Assembly (NCBI GenBank): GCA_022813965.1
Contig: JALDZS010000225.1
Coordinates: 1 to 35,256 of the forward strand
Direction: 5' to 3'
Length of the DNA: 35,256 nt
DNA from: Toensbergia leucococca
Taxonomy: Eukaryota
The translations under genes were made by a program, and so were the position numbers. Shown in pieces: positions 13,482-28,397 of this stretch; the first letter of the stretch is position 1, and each line of letters starts with the position of its first letter. Below the pieces are notes generated by a model. It worked only from the letters and a program-made list of their open reading frames with translations, was not told where the DNA came from and did no database searches.

Positions 13482-14231
13482 ATGTCGCCACCTCCCAAAC
13501 AGCGAAAACTAGCCATTGTGGGTAGTCGTTCGGTTGGTAAGCTGACGCCGCCAACGCCCACATGATTGGAACATGGGCTGATGGCCTTCCAGGCAAATCG
13601 TCGCTCACGGTGCAATTTGTCGAGGGCCATTTCGTCGAGAGCTATTATCCCACGATAGAGAACACATTTAGTCGAGTCGTCAGCCACAGAGGTCAAGACT
13701 TTGCAACTGAAATAGTCGATACTGCAGGCCAGGTAAGCGCTCACTACCTTCCCAATTCGGCTTGCTGCATTGATCCATCATCCTGCCTGACACAACATTC
13801 TCCAGGACGAATACAGTATATTGAACTCGAAGCACTTCATTGGCATCCATGGCTACATGCTTGTGTACTCTGTCGCATCTAGGCAGTCTTTTGACATGAT
13901 TCGGATCATCAGAAACAAGATCCTAAACCATCTCGTGAGACCCCATTTCGATGACATCAGCAGGTCTTGGGTTTGCTAATGGGTTCGGCAGGGTGCTGAA
14001 TGGGTCCCATTAGTCATCGTGGGGAACAAGAGCGACCTCAAAGCCGAGCAACGCCAAGTTTCCACAGATGAGGGGAGGAAATTGGCGGAGGAACTCAAGT
14101 GTGGCTTTACTGAGGCTAGTGCGAGACTAAACGAGAACGTCTCCAAAGCCTTCGAGCAAATGATTGGAGAAATCGAAAAGTCACAGAATCCTAGCGAGCC
14201 AACTGGCGGAAGCAAGTGTTTGATGATGTGA
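13482..14231 (+). CDS. RHB1: Rheb small GTPase; 4 exons
   Basis: G1 GSRSVG|KSS with the Rheb-specific Arg, effector YYPTIENTF, DTAGQ|DEYS, NKSD and C-terminal CAAX CLMM. Confidence 0.96.
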
Positions 14232-14688
14232 CGAGCCATTGTTTTTTGGTACGAATATAATTAAATCTTTCGAGGGTACCCACAAAATGAAGATTGAGAA
14301 GGGAGCGAAAAGGAGAGGCGTTATGGAGTATTAGAACAGGAGTTGCACTTGTAGGAGTGGAACGCTATTCGGAAAAACTTACCATTGCACATATACCTGA
14401 ATTTACTTTTAGAAAATATTTAGCATCTCGAGTTTTCAAAGACTTAGAAAGATAGTTTGTTGTGCTTCACCACTTGAGCCACTGTGCTTAGGTAAGCTCG
14501 GTAACGTAGAATATTTTAAAATTGGTGATGCCGGTGCGCCAGCGCGCTCAGCCTTATCCACCTTCGTGACTACATAGTCTACAGCCTCATTCTGGAATTA
14601 AAGTACTTGGAGCAGCAGTCCGTGATACTTGCATTGAAGATCAGGAACACTTCCCTAAGACGCCTGGATAATCGTTTTCATCATCATC

Positions 14689-16449
<1,761 letters not shown>

Positions 16450-16819
16450 AGTAGTAATAAGAATTGATTTGGGCTTTTAAGCGTTGCATAGCATTAAGGT
16501 AGAATCATCTTCTAGATCAATGGTTACAAGTCTTGTGAATTTAGTCCAATTAGGGGAAATAAAGAGGTTGTTTAGTAATGGCGAGGCGAACCTGGCACTC
16601 GTACAGTCGTATCCGTACCTACCTAAGTGCGACTCAAGAAATTAGGTAGCTCTGACACGCCTGGCACATGATGCAGTATGACTCGTCCGTTTGCCATGTT
16701 TTTGGAAGATTGAGATGTTCACGAAAAATGTGAAGCCAAGTTTAATGCAAGCAGGTTCCTCTGCTTTCCTGGAGCAAACCTCATCTATTTCTTCGTGGCT
16801 CTTTGCTAGCACAGGAAGC

Positions 16820-18539
16820 ATGGCGTCCCAAGCCTGTCCTTTCTGTCCCTTTTCCCACCGTGATTCTTATTTCCTCATGCATCATGTCGAAGTTTGCCAT
16901 CCAGAGACGGGAGAATCTCCATTCAGCGCCAAAGAATATGGCCGTGAAGAAAGTGCAAGCGCCATGGATGCTCCTGCCAAAGATGACTATCTGGACTGCG
17001 AATACATACCATGCGAGTGCGGCGAGATTGTTACTCTTGCAGAATTTCCAACCCATATGGAGCTTCATAAAGCCGAAGGCATGACTTTCGACAGCGATGC
17101 CCTAAACGTTCCCGGTGTGCGGGATGGGCCTGTTCTAGATGGTGGCGAAGCTCCCTTTGCAGCAGTCAATGGTTTGCCTCCTGTTTCGCTGTCTATTGCA
17201 CTGCACGGTTCAAGCAGCATCCTAGCTCCGAGCTCCGTAATGAAGCCACGCTCACGTGGTACGAACTACAAGAGCCAATATGGTACTCAACATTGCTACG
17301 AACAGCCGCTGGGTTCACCTCAGTCCACGTCCAGAAACAAGATTGGTCAAGCAAGACATAAATCAGTTCGAAGGCTAGGTGTATGCCTGAGTAGAATACC
17401 ACTTATCAGGTCTCTGCTGACTAGTCTCAAGAAAGCAGAACTAGGTCCCCATGCTTATGAAGAACGAATGCCAGCATCGCTTCGCAAACAACTGGAGCGC
17501 GGGGCCAAGGTCACATTTGTCAATCAAATCGGTCCCGCTGGGCAGCTGATGCGTGTTGAGACGGTAGCCAACGAGACGCATGGCGTTGTGCCAGTATTGA
17601 GCCAACTCTGTGAACAAGACAGATATCTTTCGAATGTGTTCCTCTGTCACCCCGAGGTGCAACATGTCGTCAAAATGTCAAAAGAGGGTGGATTCTGTGG
17701 CTATCGGAATATACAGATGATGATCTCGTTCATCCAAGCTACGGGCTCCCAGGGCCATGAGAACCTACCTGGGAGGATCCCCTCGATTTTTCAACTACAA
17801 GACTTGATTGAGGGAGCATGGGATCAAGGCATTAATAGCTCGGGAAGAATAGAAACTGGTGGGATCAGGGGCACGAGAAAGTACATTGGTACACCTGAGG
17901 TGAGTCTTCTCTAATCATACTGCAAATCGCCGCCAACAAGGAAAGGCGCAAGCATTACTGCTCAGCTTGGGCATAGGGTAAAGACTCTATGGCGACGCAC
18001 ACTCAGAAACACTACTAATCTTCGATTTAGATGCGAAGCTAGTGCGTTCAACAATCTTGATAGTCCTCCCGTTTACCAGCAGGTACTCCAAGCTGTCGAG
18101 CAGTACTTTATGAGTGGAGTCACCAATTTCTCGCAAAAAGTCTGTCGGACATCTCTTCCACCCATATACTTCCAGCATCCAGGTACGCGAAATCACGGAA
18201 TCCTCTACAATGATGTAATAACTACTCATAATTCTCAGGGCACTCGTTGACAATAGTTGGATTTGAGAGGCGAAAGAGTGGCTCTTGTAACCTGCTCGTG
18301 CTCGATCCCATGTTCAAGCCCTCTCCTGGAATCTGCCGCTTGATCGGTGCCAAGTTCCGAGCAGCAACTCCCGAGAAGCTGCTCAAAGCGTACAGAAGAG
18401 GAGACGCATATCTAAGCAAGTATAACAGCTTTGAGATTCTCAAGTAAGTGGTGCTTTCTAGCCCTCAATGGACCCTTTTCGCCAACCATGGTCTAGGTTG
18501 ACATCACGGGTACCAGCCGCAGTCGGCTGGAATGCGTGA
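16820..18539 (+). CDS. Peptidase C78 deubiquitinase of the ZUP1(ZUFSP)/Mug105 family with two N-terminal C2H2-like zinc fingers; 6 exons
   Basis: Catalytic Cys in GGFCGYRNIQMMISF, GTRKYIGTPE, YFQHP|GHSLTIVG (His) and LVLDP (Asp); N-terminal CPFC...HVEVCH and CECG...HMELH. The start could be an upstream in-frame ATG. Confidence 0.85.
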
Positions 18540-18904
18540 TGACTGCGGTAGAGACGGATGGAGAATGAGATGCAGACCTTTCGACACTGTCTCAGCAGCA
18601 TGATTGATTAGAGTACTATTTTGATTGACTTGCATAGCGTGGCGTGTCTGTTTTAACAGCGAATTTCCCCGAGGTGGCTGGCGTTACGAGACTAGGTGTA
18701 TACACAACGGGTGAGCGTGATCATAATGTCGATGGTACGCATAGGTTGAACAAGTAATACGCTGAGCTTTGTCCCTCCGAAGTACTTGTGACAATATGAT
18801 GCTAGCAATCCTATGACTGCTTTTGAAGTCGTGATCCATCCAAGCGTCTGTGTAGACTACCATAGAGGACGAGGCATCTCATGAAAAAGGCTGGTAATTG
18901 CCAC

Positions 18905-20720
18905 CTACGGGTGATTCAAAAGCGCATTGCTTGCGCCTCGGAGGTCCCTGCGTTGAAGCGCAACTCTTATATCACTCGCGGGCAAAGCTACCGCGGTAGA
19001 TCTCCGATGGCTCGGGACTTTCCATCCCCCTGGACCGGCTGGCTTCATATCCCAAAGGGATACAACACCTGCGACAAACGCCAGAATTTCTCTTTCGGCA
19101 AAGATTCTCCCTTTGCAGATGGAATGTCCTCCGCCCCAAGGCTTGAGTGTTCCATGATGGGCAATGAGTTTTCCGTCGTCTTTGTCGCTTAGCTGGAGAA
19201 ATCTCTCTGGGCGAAAAGCATTTGGGGAGGGGAAAAATCTTGGATCTAGCTGATGTACGGCTAACGGTATGTGCACAAATGTCCCCGCCCTCAGTACAAA
19301 CGACATTGGCCGCACGCCCTCGAGGACATCGTCCTCCGTCTCAGTGACGATGAAATCTTGTTTCACCGACTTGATAGACGTGGGCTCTGAATCGAGTCGA
19401 AGACATTCCAGGTAGCAGGCCTTGAGAAGTGGGCATGATCGAATGAGTCCATCAAGTGCAAGCTGGAGGCGCGGAGGCTCAGGTAGACCAAAGATCCGAG
19501 GAGGCTGGAAGGCATTCGCGAATGGAGCCATCTCCTCCCGCAATTGGTCAACTAGCCCAGGAGTCGCGTAGAGACGGACCAGCATCCAGAAGACGAGGTT
19601 ATTAGCATTGGCGTTCATGCTATGTAAAATTAGCTGGCGACGTCTACCATTTGGAGCATGACTGACGCCCATATAATCCCTAGATCAAGTGGTCCTCTCA
19701 TCTCCGGAGCTATTCCGTGTGATCGGTATACAGCACCTCTATCTTTCATGAGCTGGCTCACATCCGTCAAATCTCTCCATGGTGAAGGGGGATCTTCCCC
19801 GGCGGCTACGTGGTCGAGCCCCTTGTGGAACTCGGTGAGTGCATTATGAAGCCTGAAACGAGCAAGATGGGCCTTTGTCAATGACCTCATGGGAAACCAG
19901 CGAGGCAAACCCAAAAGTAGGTAATTGAAGCCGCTGTCGAGATCCCACAGGTCATCGAACACAGACGGGTAGTACTCGACGAAATCTGTTCCCATCAAAG
20001 AAGGTAACGACATATACCCTACAAAATTTCTAATTAGGGGAAAGAGGCTGACTTCGACCTGGCTGCAGTCAAGGTGGATGATTGGATCGCCACTCCTTTC
20101 CCAGAGATTCTGGTCAATGGGCCTAGGGGCAAAAGAGACCAAGTTGGGCATATGCTCCTGCATGGCAGTAATGGTAACATGAAGGACCTCTGAAAGGGGC
20201 GGATCACGAAGTAGATTCTCTGTGAGAGTAGCATATAGATCGTTGAAAGCAGACATTAAGAGTTCCTTGTGACGCTTCTTTCCGCCAAACACATTGAGTA
20301 TAACGTACCAACCAAGATCCTCGTTATCTACAACAGGCGCTGGTTGCTTGAACACTGTCTTGATTAGTGATGGCGTACTGACAATGTTATGAGTCGTGCT
20401 AGCCAGATTTAAGGAGAAGATGGCGTGAGGTGAGCGATAGCTAGACGCGTTTCAGATATAGATGGAGGGTAAAGTGGATACCAAACGTACCTGCATCTCT
20501 GTAGGAAATGGTCGGGGCTAACGATGAAAGAAAGGAGATGACCGATAACGGGAATCCAATACGGGAGCATGCCAACCTCATGCAGATGTTCGCCATTGGG
20601 AGTTTTGGACCGAAGAAGAGTTCCACGAAAAAAGCGGGTCCAACAAAGGAGCAAGATTATGAAGAGAGATATGCCCGAGCTTGCGGGATAGAGGAGCAAG
20701 AAATGGTACAGTGCAAACAT
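18905..20720 (-). CDS. Cytochrome P450, CYP7/CYP8-like (E-class group IV); 3 exons
   Basis: N-terminal transmembrane anchor, LPYWIPVIGH hinge, ExxR (ECLR), PERF and heme motif PWGGGHSICKGRIFA. Confidence 0.92.
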
Positions 20721-21039
20721 GGATATGAACGTCGAAAAAGGTGTGAATCAACATTGACAGGCCAAGGTAAAGATGCAGCAGTCAAAAGGAACAAAGCAAA
20801 TGAATATCATCAGATTTCGTTGTGTGAGAATAGAGTAGTACATAGCGAGGTAGCCTTGGTGGCCGCCTGGTGCTACGTTATTTGTTGGCTTAGAATAGCG
20901 TAGAATATCGATAGAATAGGCATTCCAGAGCCGCAACTTTAATATATTGTTCAATTCTCCATTTTTTCCCTTTTTCTTTTTTCTTTTTCCTTTTTTCCCC
21001 TGTGTGCCTTTTCCCCTCTAGGCCTCCCAGTGTATCTCA

Positions 21040-21621
21040 ATGGCTAGGAACGAGCCAAATATCATAGTGACCGGTACGCCAGGCGTGGGAAAGACCACCC
21101 ATTGTGACTTGCTAGCCCAGAACACCGCCCTCAAACATCTTCCCATCAATCACATTGTCACGCAACGAAATTGTCATTACGGGTGGGATCAAAGCTTACA
21201 GAGCTGGATTGTTGACGACGACAAGGTGGGTTAGGTTACCGTGTATGTAGCGCTCAAGGACTCATGCTCTTAGCTACTGGACTCCATTGAGGACGAGGTT
21301 AAGCAGGGTGGTTACATCATTGACTGGCATGCATGCGATCTTTTCCCGGCGAATTGGATCGACTTGGTTGTCGTGCTGCGAACCACCTCGGCCAACCTTT
21401 ATGATAGACTGAAGGCGAGGGACTACCCAGAAGAAAAACTACAGGAGAATATTGATTCGGAGATCATGCAAGTGCTTTTGGAGGAAGCTAGGGAATCCTA
21501 CGACCTTGAAATTGTGATTGAGCTGCAAAGCAATGTTGCAGAGGACATGGACAGCAATGTAGATCGCATTGAGACTTGGATCAAGAATTGGAAGCGCAAT
21601 AAGTCGGGCAATGCAGATTGA
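21040..21621 (+). CDS. FAP7: Adenylate kinase 6 / Fap7 (40S maturation ATPase); 2 exons
   Basis: PNIIVTGTPGVGKTT P-loop, IVDDDK|LLD, GGYIIDWHACDLFP (hhhDxH), LYDRLKARDY...KLQENIDSEIM. Confidence 0.94.
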
Positions 21622-21649
21622 GCTATCCGTACCATCAGATCACTGACCT

Positions 21650-22411
21650 CTAGACTTGAGTCTCATACCACGCTTTGAGCCTCTGCAATGCCTTGAACCG
21701 ATGCGAGACCTCGTTCTTTTCCGACTTGTCCATCTCGGCGTACGTCTTCCCTTGATACTCAAAAATTGGATCCCATCCTAAGTCCGTCAGTCTCTGTTTA
21801 GCGTGTCTTGTCATGGATTACGTGCCAACGGACCAAAGTCAGTCGGACCTCGAGCCGGTACAATTTTCCCCTGCAACTCCTTAGTTAAGCTGCTTCCAGA
21901 ACGCCGAGGAACGTACCACTGTTCTGCCTTGAAAAGTGACCGGTTCATTTCCTGGACCTTCGCAATAGGTGAAGGTGCACACTGCTTCTGCCGACTTATC
22001 TTCGTAGGCCAGAAGAAGATTGTTCAGGCCCTCATGGCCTAAGGCTTGCAGAAACCACTTCCTACCACGGTCAAGTTGAGACATGCCATTACTCGTCTAC
22101 TGGACGCACATACACATATGGACCTGGGAGGCCGTTCAGAGCATTGAAAGACAAACAGGTGTCCTCTACTAGTACTGGGCCTTTGACCTTGATCACCTTA
22201 GCTTTGACAGGCCAGTCATACTTGCATTCTTATTACATACAATGGCAGCTGCTCGCCTACACTTGTCCAAGGATATGTCCTCAATGGTGCCTTGAATTTC
22301 CACCAAGTCAAGAGATTGACTCGTCAATACCACGCTATCACCCAAGATGGTCTTGACTTCGTCGAGCTTCTTTCTGTTTCCAGTAATGAAATTGAGCTCT
22401 AGAGGTGGCAT
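21650..22411 (-). CDS. HAM1: Inosine triphosphate pyrophosphatase (ITPase); 5 exons
   Basis: [48 protein letters not shown] and [11 protein letters not shown]. Confidence 0.95.
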
Positions 22412-23391
22412 CTTCTCGACGAGGGTTCGTAGAGAAATCAAAATTTTCAATTGAATTAACATATCTTGAGTGGCATTGAGTGACGTCATACGTTTCCTCT
22501 AATAACCACCAACGTCCGAGGGCCTGCCCAAGGTTCACCTCCCGAAAGCCTAGAATGCTGCTTGTTTTTTGCAAAATATACATGGCATTCTCCTAAACTA
22601 GAAGGGAGATCTTGGTGATGCCCGTACTACCTTGCCCTTGGATTCTGCGAATTGTTCTTCATGTTGCCTTCTTTTGATTCTGCATGTACCGTACCCGGAT
22701 GGTCCGTCAAGTGTGATGAGACAGGACATACAGGAATGTACGACTATTTGTGCTGAGCCACCATGTCCCGAAGATTGTCAGTTGTGTACACGCACTAGCG
22801 ATTTCACTTTCATCTTCGTCACCAAGATTTCATGTACCTAAACTCGATAGTCGTTGACGGAGCTTTCATCTTGTGCTCAGCAGTATGGTTTTCATTGCTC
22901 GATCCAAATTCAACTGTATGAACGTTTCAATCTTAGTACAAGAAGACAAAATTCCCTAATCCGTGTCATCGCTCTTGATTACCAAGACATGAAATCTTTG
23001 CATTTCATGCAAGCCTTCTTGGACATTGTTGCTTCATAAAGTACGCCTGATCCAAATCAATATAGAAAGTTGAGATATCGTCCTATCCTACAGCGTCGCC
23101 GGTAGCATGGAGCCTTCCCATCTCAGCGACATCTTACGCCCAAGCAAATACCCAACACCGACGACCCACAGCATCGTTGTCGGATGCGTCTAGAAAATCC
23201 CGCACGCATCGAGATAAAGGCCAAAGAACACGCTGTAAATGACAAACATTAAGCACCCGCGGGAATCCAAACTATGAAATGCGGCAATGGCGGGACTTTG
23301 CTCGAATATTGTACATGGAGATTTGGAAGGGGTATCATAAGGCGTTAACACCAAATCAATCCAATTAAGTATAACGCAATAACTTTGGAGC

Positions 23392-26300
23392 CTACAACTC
23401 GATATCGCTGACAGCAAGACCCTGATCCTCGTCAATGCCCTGGTTAGGTATTTCGAACTCGAGTTTTTCTTGCTGCGCCATGGCCTGTATCGAGACGATC
23501 TCTGCGAGACGTTTGAGTCGCGGCGTCTGTAGCCAAGGTGGAGTGTAAGTCTCTAAAGCTGTGATGACCCGAGGTTCTGCGATTTCGTACGGTCCACTGT
23601 CTTCCATGTCAACCGCGGTAAGAAGAAGCACGTCACCCTTCTCTGTGACCCGAGAGGCGACAGCTTTCATGATCTCGCCGTTGATGGGCTGTTCGTAATC
23701 AGCAACCAAGTACTGGTTTAATAATTTTTGTATTTGGTTCGGAGAAAGCCTATGCACGTTGCGATTAGAAAACGATCCGACGCATGAGCAGGACAGGGCG
23801 TCTTACATCCAGCAAATGTCCTGGATGATCTCTATATCGTTCAGAGTAGCTTTCTTTAGCTGTAACAGCTTGGTTGCTTGCTATATAAAGATTAATTTGA
23901 GATACTAATTCCTGGGGAGTCGAAGAACCTACCATAAGATGCTCGAGCTGTAGAGTACCTTCGGGCATGTCGTGGCTTTTGCACCATTCTTCGATTCTTG
24001 TGATGTTATAGTTGATTTGCAAGCCTCGTTTCCATGAAAGGAAATTCCGTCGCATGAGTAGGTCGTTGAAGGCAGTGACGCCCACGAGTCGCAGAAGCTC
24101 TGTTAGTGTCTGGGTAATAATCGAATCTTCTAAAAAGTATGCCTTCATTGCCTTGAAGACATTGTTGAGCAAGCTGAGGAGATTATCCATACTGAAGGCT
24201 GGTGTGTTGTTCGATTGCAGGAGCTTTCCAAGAAATCGATTGCTTTCACTCGTCACAAATCCCGGCAACGATTGCGATTCAATAATTGCGGGAACGATCA
24301 TTTTCTGCAATTTCTTCTTGAGAACCTTCATCCAGGTGTGGTAGATGTTGAATTCAAGACTTTCGAGGTCATGTTTGACAATCTCCAAGAGCCTGTCGTA
24401 TTCATAATTGTCTGTCTTTTGTGCTTCATACCAATCCTCTGCAAGGAACACAAAGGAAAGCATCTCATGCACATTGGACAGCCAGAAAGCGCCAGGGTTA
24501 ACGGCCTCTTCCCCATCGTGCTGCATGACTTCTTGTTGAATAGACTGCATCACATTTGCGAGGAATCGCTCCGACTCCTTCACAAAGCCATTGTTCCACA
24601 TTTCAGACGTCACTAGATTAATTAAATAGGCTGGAAATAGAACCTCCTTGTCGGTAGGGAGAGGTGTTGTAGTAGGGGCTGTGGTTTTGAGGTTTTTAAT
24701 GAGACCAAGCGTGACTTCTTCGTTCAATCCATCTTCGTCGGACAGTAAATTTTCAAGTTCGAACTCGACATTGTCCAGACCAGGACTAAAGGTCGATCCA
24801 GACAGGTTCTGTTGATGTGCGCTAGACATCGTGACCGTTGATCCTTGCTGAGCAATATAGCCTGGATTCGACCGATCTACTTCTGCTCGTTCTCCTCCCC
24901 CACTCCTCCGCTTTGATTTCCTTGTTGACATAAGATTGATCAAGCCGTTGGCGTGAGGCTGAGGAGCATGCCCGTTTTGCAAGTCTCCGTTGACAGGAGC
25001 TGCTCTCTTGGCAAGGTCTAGCTGGTCCTGAATGTCGGCCAATTGCTGACGCAAAGACACCTTGTCGTTCTCGTGATCGATTCCTACCTGTTTGGCCTTG
25101 CTTAGCTCGATGTTGGTAACCCGCAGCGATTCCCGAAGACTCTTTTCTTGTTCCTGCAGGCGCTTCGTGTTTGCCGCTGATTCGTCATAAGTCTGCTGCA
25201 GTCTCCGCATCTCCTCTTCCATAGCCGTCAAGCGTGCTGCTGTAATACCAGCTTGATTAGCTTCAGCTTGGAGCTCTTTTGAACGACTCTCGAGAGCGTT
25301 GTGCCTGCTTTTCCACGACTTCAGTTGGCTTTCATAATTCTCTACTTGACTGATCAACGTCTTGTTTTCTCGTTTCATTGTGCCCAGTGATTGCGTCAAT
25401 TCTACGACCTTATTCTCAAGCTTGTAGGAAATCTGCTTAAGGTCCCTAGCCTCCTCGCGTATCGTCTTGTAGCCGCGCCTTGCTTTCTTTCCTCTCCACA
25501 GACTCTGCAGTATTACAACCTTCTTGCGATATTGTCTCCAGGATTGCATTTGCCGCCGTGAGCGCCACGATCGTTGTATCCTTTTTGCTGCGTTGCCTAC
25601 TCTTGTCTCCATGAGGTTTTTTCTACAAAGATATCCTTTGGTGACAGCTTGAAGTTGAATGAAATTGTTGCGGATTTGATTGTATTCTTTCATTTCCTTC
25701 TGGCCTCGCCAAACCTTCTGGATAGTTGTTGCCGCTTTAATGCGCCGGACTTCTTCTGCGTGTCGGCGAGCCTGGTGGCCTCGTGTCAGAGCTTGGAATA
25801 GTAGGACAGATTTCCTGGCTCCAAGGTATTTACTTCTGTAGTACTTGCAGCGCAAGTTTTTTTGTATCATGATCGCACACTCATTGAGCCTTGTTGTACG
25901 AAGGTTCTCTAAGAACGCCAACATGCCAGCTCGGAAGAAAATTTTTGTCAAGCCAAGCTGGTACTTGTCTAGTCCTCTATTTGTCCCTTGCCCTAATGCC
26001 TTCTTGAGAATTGCATTCGCCATGTCTCGTATCTCAGATGTCCAAGACTCGGAGGGAACCAGCATATAATATCGGAGCGCAAACTCTTCGTAGGTCCATC
26101 GAGTCGGATAACCAGCGCAGCTGATCCTGACAGTCTCCAGTACACCACAAGCTCTCAGTTGACTCAAAACCATGGGTCCTTCGAAATGCCAGGCCTCTTT
26201 GCCTTCATTAGGTTTGATGCAGCGGATATAATGCACATCAGTCGAGTTGATCGTCTGCATTAACTCGATCAAAGACGACTTGAAAATACCACCGAGTGTT

Positions 26301-28397
26301 GGTTTCCGGTTGGCAGCTACACCCATTCTTTTACCAGGTGCTGCCACTGCCTTGGCATTGGCAGCTGCCGCTGAATCCTTTTCTCGAACAACAGAAGCGG
26401 CTTCGAGGACCTCTCTAAGAAAAGGATTAGAGGATTGTCGGAGAACGTCCATGTGTTCATCAGGCACAGTGTCTCTATTCTTTTCAATAAACCCATCTGA
26501 TTCATAAGTGACATCAATGGCGTAATGGCAGACTGTGAAAGCAGATTTGCCAAATCGAGGTTTCTTGTAAAATGTATGCTTGTCGCCAGCAAATTGGTGG
26601 TGCAACTTAGTGACGAACTGTTCGTCGGAGCCCATGGGCAATCGCGATTCCTCGTCCAGAAGCGAGAGGACCCCGAGCTTACCCTCGATCAGATCAATGC
26701 ATGGTTGGTTGTCAGAGAAATTAATGAACGTCCAATCGATCCGTTCTCTCAGATACTCCTCTTGCTCCAACTTGAAGACGTGCTGGTTGAATTCTTGCTG
26801 TAGCTTCTCATTCGCGTAATTGATACAGAATTGCTCAAAGGAATTCTTGGCAAAGTGTTCGAAGCCATAGATGTCAAGAACTCCAATGAACGATTTAGCG
26901 CAGCTCGTGACTTCCTCTGTTGCTAAGCCACAGTTGATAGTTGCGACCAGCCAGTCAAACAGGCTGGAATAGATGAATTTTGCGACGGAATCTCGGACAA
27001 CTAATGCCTGCTGCTGGGTCAAATTAGACGTGATTCTTTCTCCCCGCGTTATTAGCTGCTTCTTGACGGTCCATTTTGCAAGCTCGTTGGCATCGACTCT
27101 AAGCATTTGACAGGCTCGTACAAGGGATGACTCCGTTGGAGCAAGGACAGACTCTGTACGGGTGGCCGTGATCTTCACGTTCCCGAGATGGAGTAAAGCA
27201 CCCAGAAGATTGAATATATCGGCTTGCTTATCCTCACTAACTCTGATGGTAGTGAGTGACCGCCTTGTTGCATCAAAATCTGCCTTGTCGTCCACACCTT
27301 CAATGACTGGGGAGCCCCCTTGGTTGAGATAGTCAAAATGCTCTACTGGAAGCAAGCCCAGCTTTTGCCGCTCGTCATCTGTGGCTCCTGCGACTAGCTG
27401 GTAGAATATGTGATAGTTTCTCTCCTTTAAAGGTTGGAACACTAGTCTTGATCGCTCGAGTAAATAAGTCCTGATTCGTGCCCCAATGATCTCCGTTCTC
27501 TTATCAAACATGATCTCTATATATTTTCCAAACCTCGAGGAATTATCATTTCGTGTAGTCTTAGCGTTGCCAAAGGCCTCCATAACAGGGTTGGTTGCCA
27601 GTATTTGCTCCTCGGTTTCACTCATTGCGTCCGCTATGCCCTTAGCTCGTTTTCCAGGTTGATCGGGCGACTCTCGTGTTGCAAAGTATCTCATTATATA
27701 TTTGGCACTGACCGTCTTTCCCGCTCCCGACTCCCCCGAGACAACGATAGTTTGATTATCATTATCTCGAAGCATATCCCTGCGCAACTTTAATTTGGAA
27801 GCTTTAGATTCTGGACTTAACAACTCACGTAAATGCTTCCTCCGCTATAGCAAAGAGATGTGGCGCCTGTGATGAACGCTGTTTTCCTGCGTAGACTTGT
27901 ACCATACCGGGGACATAGAGCGAGTCTACCCGAGCAAACGGATTCGTTGCAATGAGAACAATTCCACTGTATGTGTATATTTCCTTTTGCGAGTATCGTA
28001 GCTTGATGGCCTGTAGGACTTGAGGCAGTTTAGCTTTATATCAACAAACACGATCCGGGTGTCGTCTTACCTGCTGGCTCGTTCAGATGTGATAGGTTTG
28101 TAAGGTCGTCGCTGGCTTCTAAAATGGCAGGATTCATGAGAGGAGGTAATGAGTCATTAGCGTCATCCTGTAGGGCAGCTGATGTTATTTCTATTGTTCT
28201 TGACTGTTAAATTGTCAGCATACAATCGGACTACGAACTATGGGGGGTTTTTGGTGGCTCACTTCGCCGTTCTCTAACCGGAACACGAGCTTGACCTTGT
28301 CCCCCACCACTTTCTTCTCCTGTACTTCGGATGCAATCCATCCTTCGGTAGGATCGGGCTGCCAGGCCTGGGTCCCAACATCATAGTTATGTGCCAT
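23392..28397 (-). CDS. MYO2: Class V myosin heavy chain (Myo2/MyoE); 6 exons
   Basis: P-loop GESGAGKT, EAFGNAKTTRNDNSSRFGK, LDIYGFE, six IQ motifs, coiled coil and C-terminal DIL cargo domain (FLSWKRGLQINYN). Confidence 0.97.

Noticed and set aside
22481..22488. Perfect CRE/ATF palindrome TGACGTCA 70 bp upstream of HAM1
   Set aside because: A single 8-mer with no conservation data; it could occur by chance in a window this size.
22632..22841. Cys-rich short ORF (CTTICAEPPCPEDCQLC) as a metallothionein or small secreted protein
   Set aside because: Non-ATG start, no convincing signal peptide or family motif, and it lies in the HAM1 upstream region; consistent with chance.
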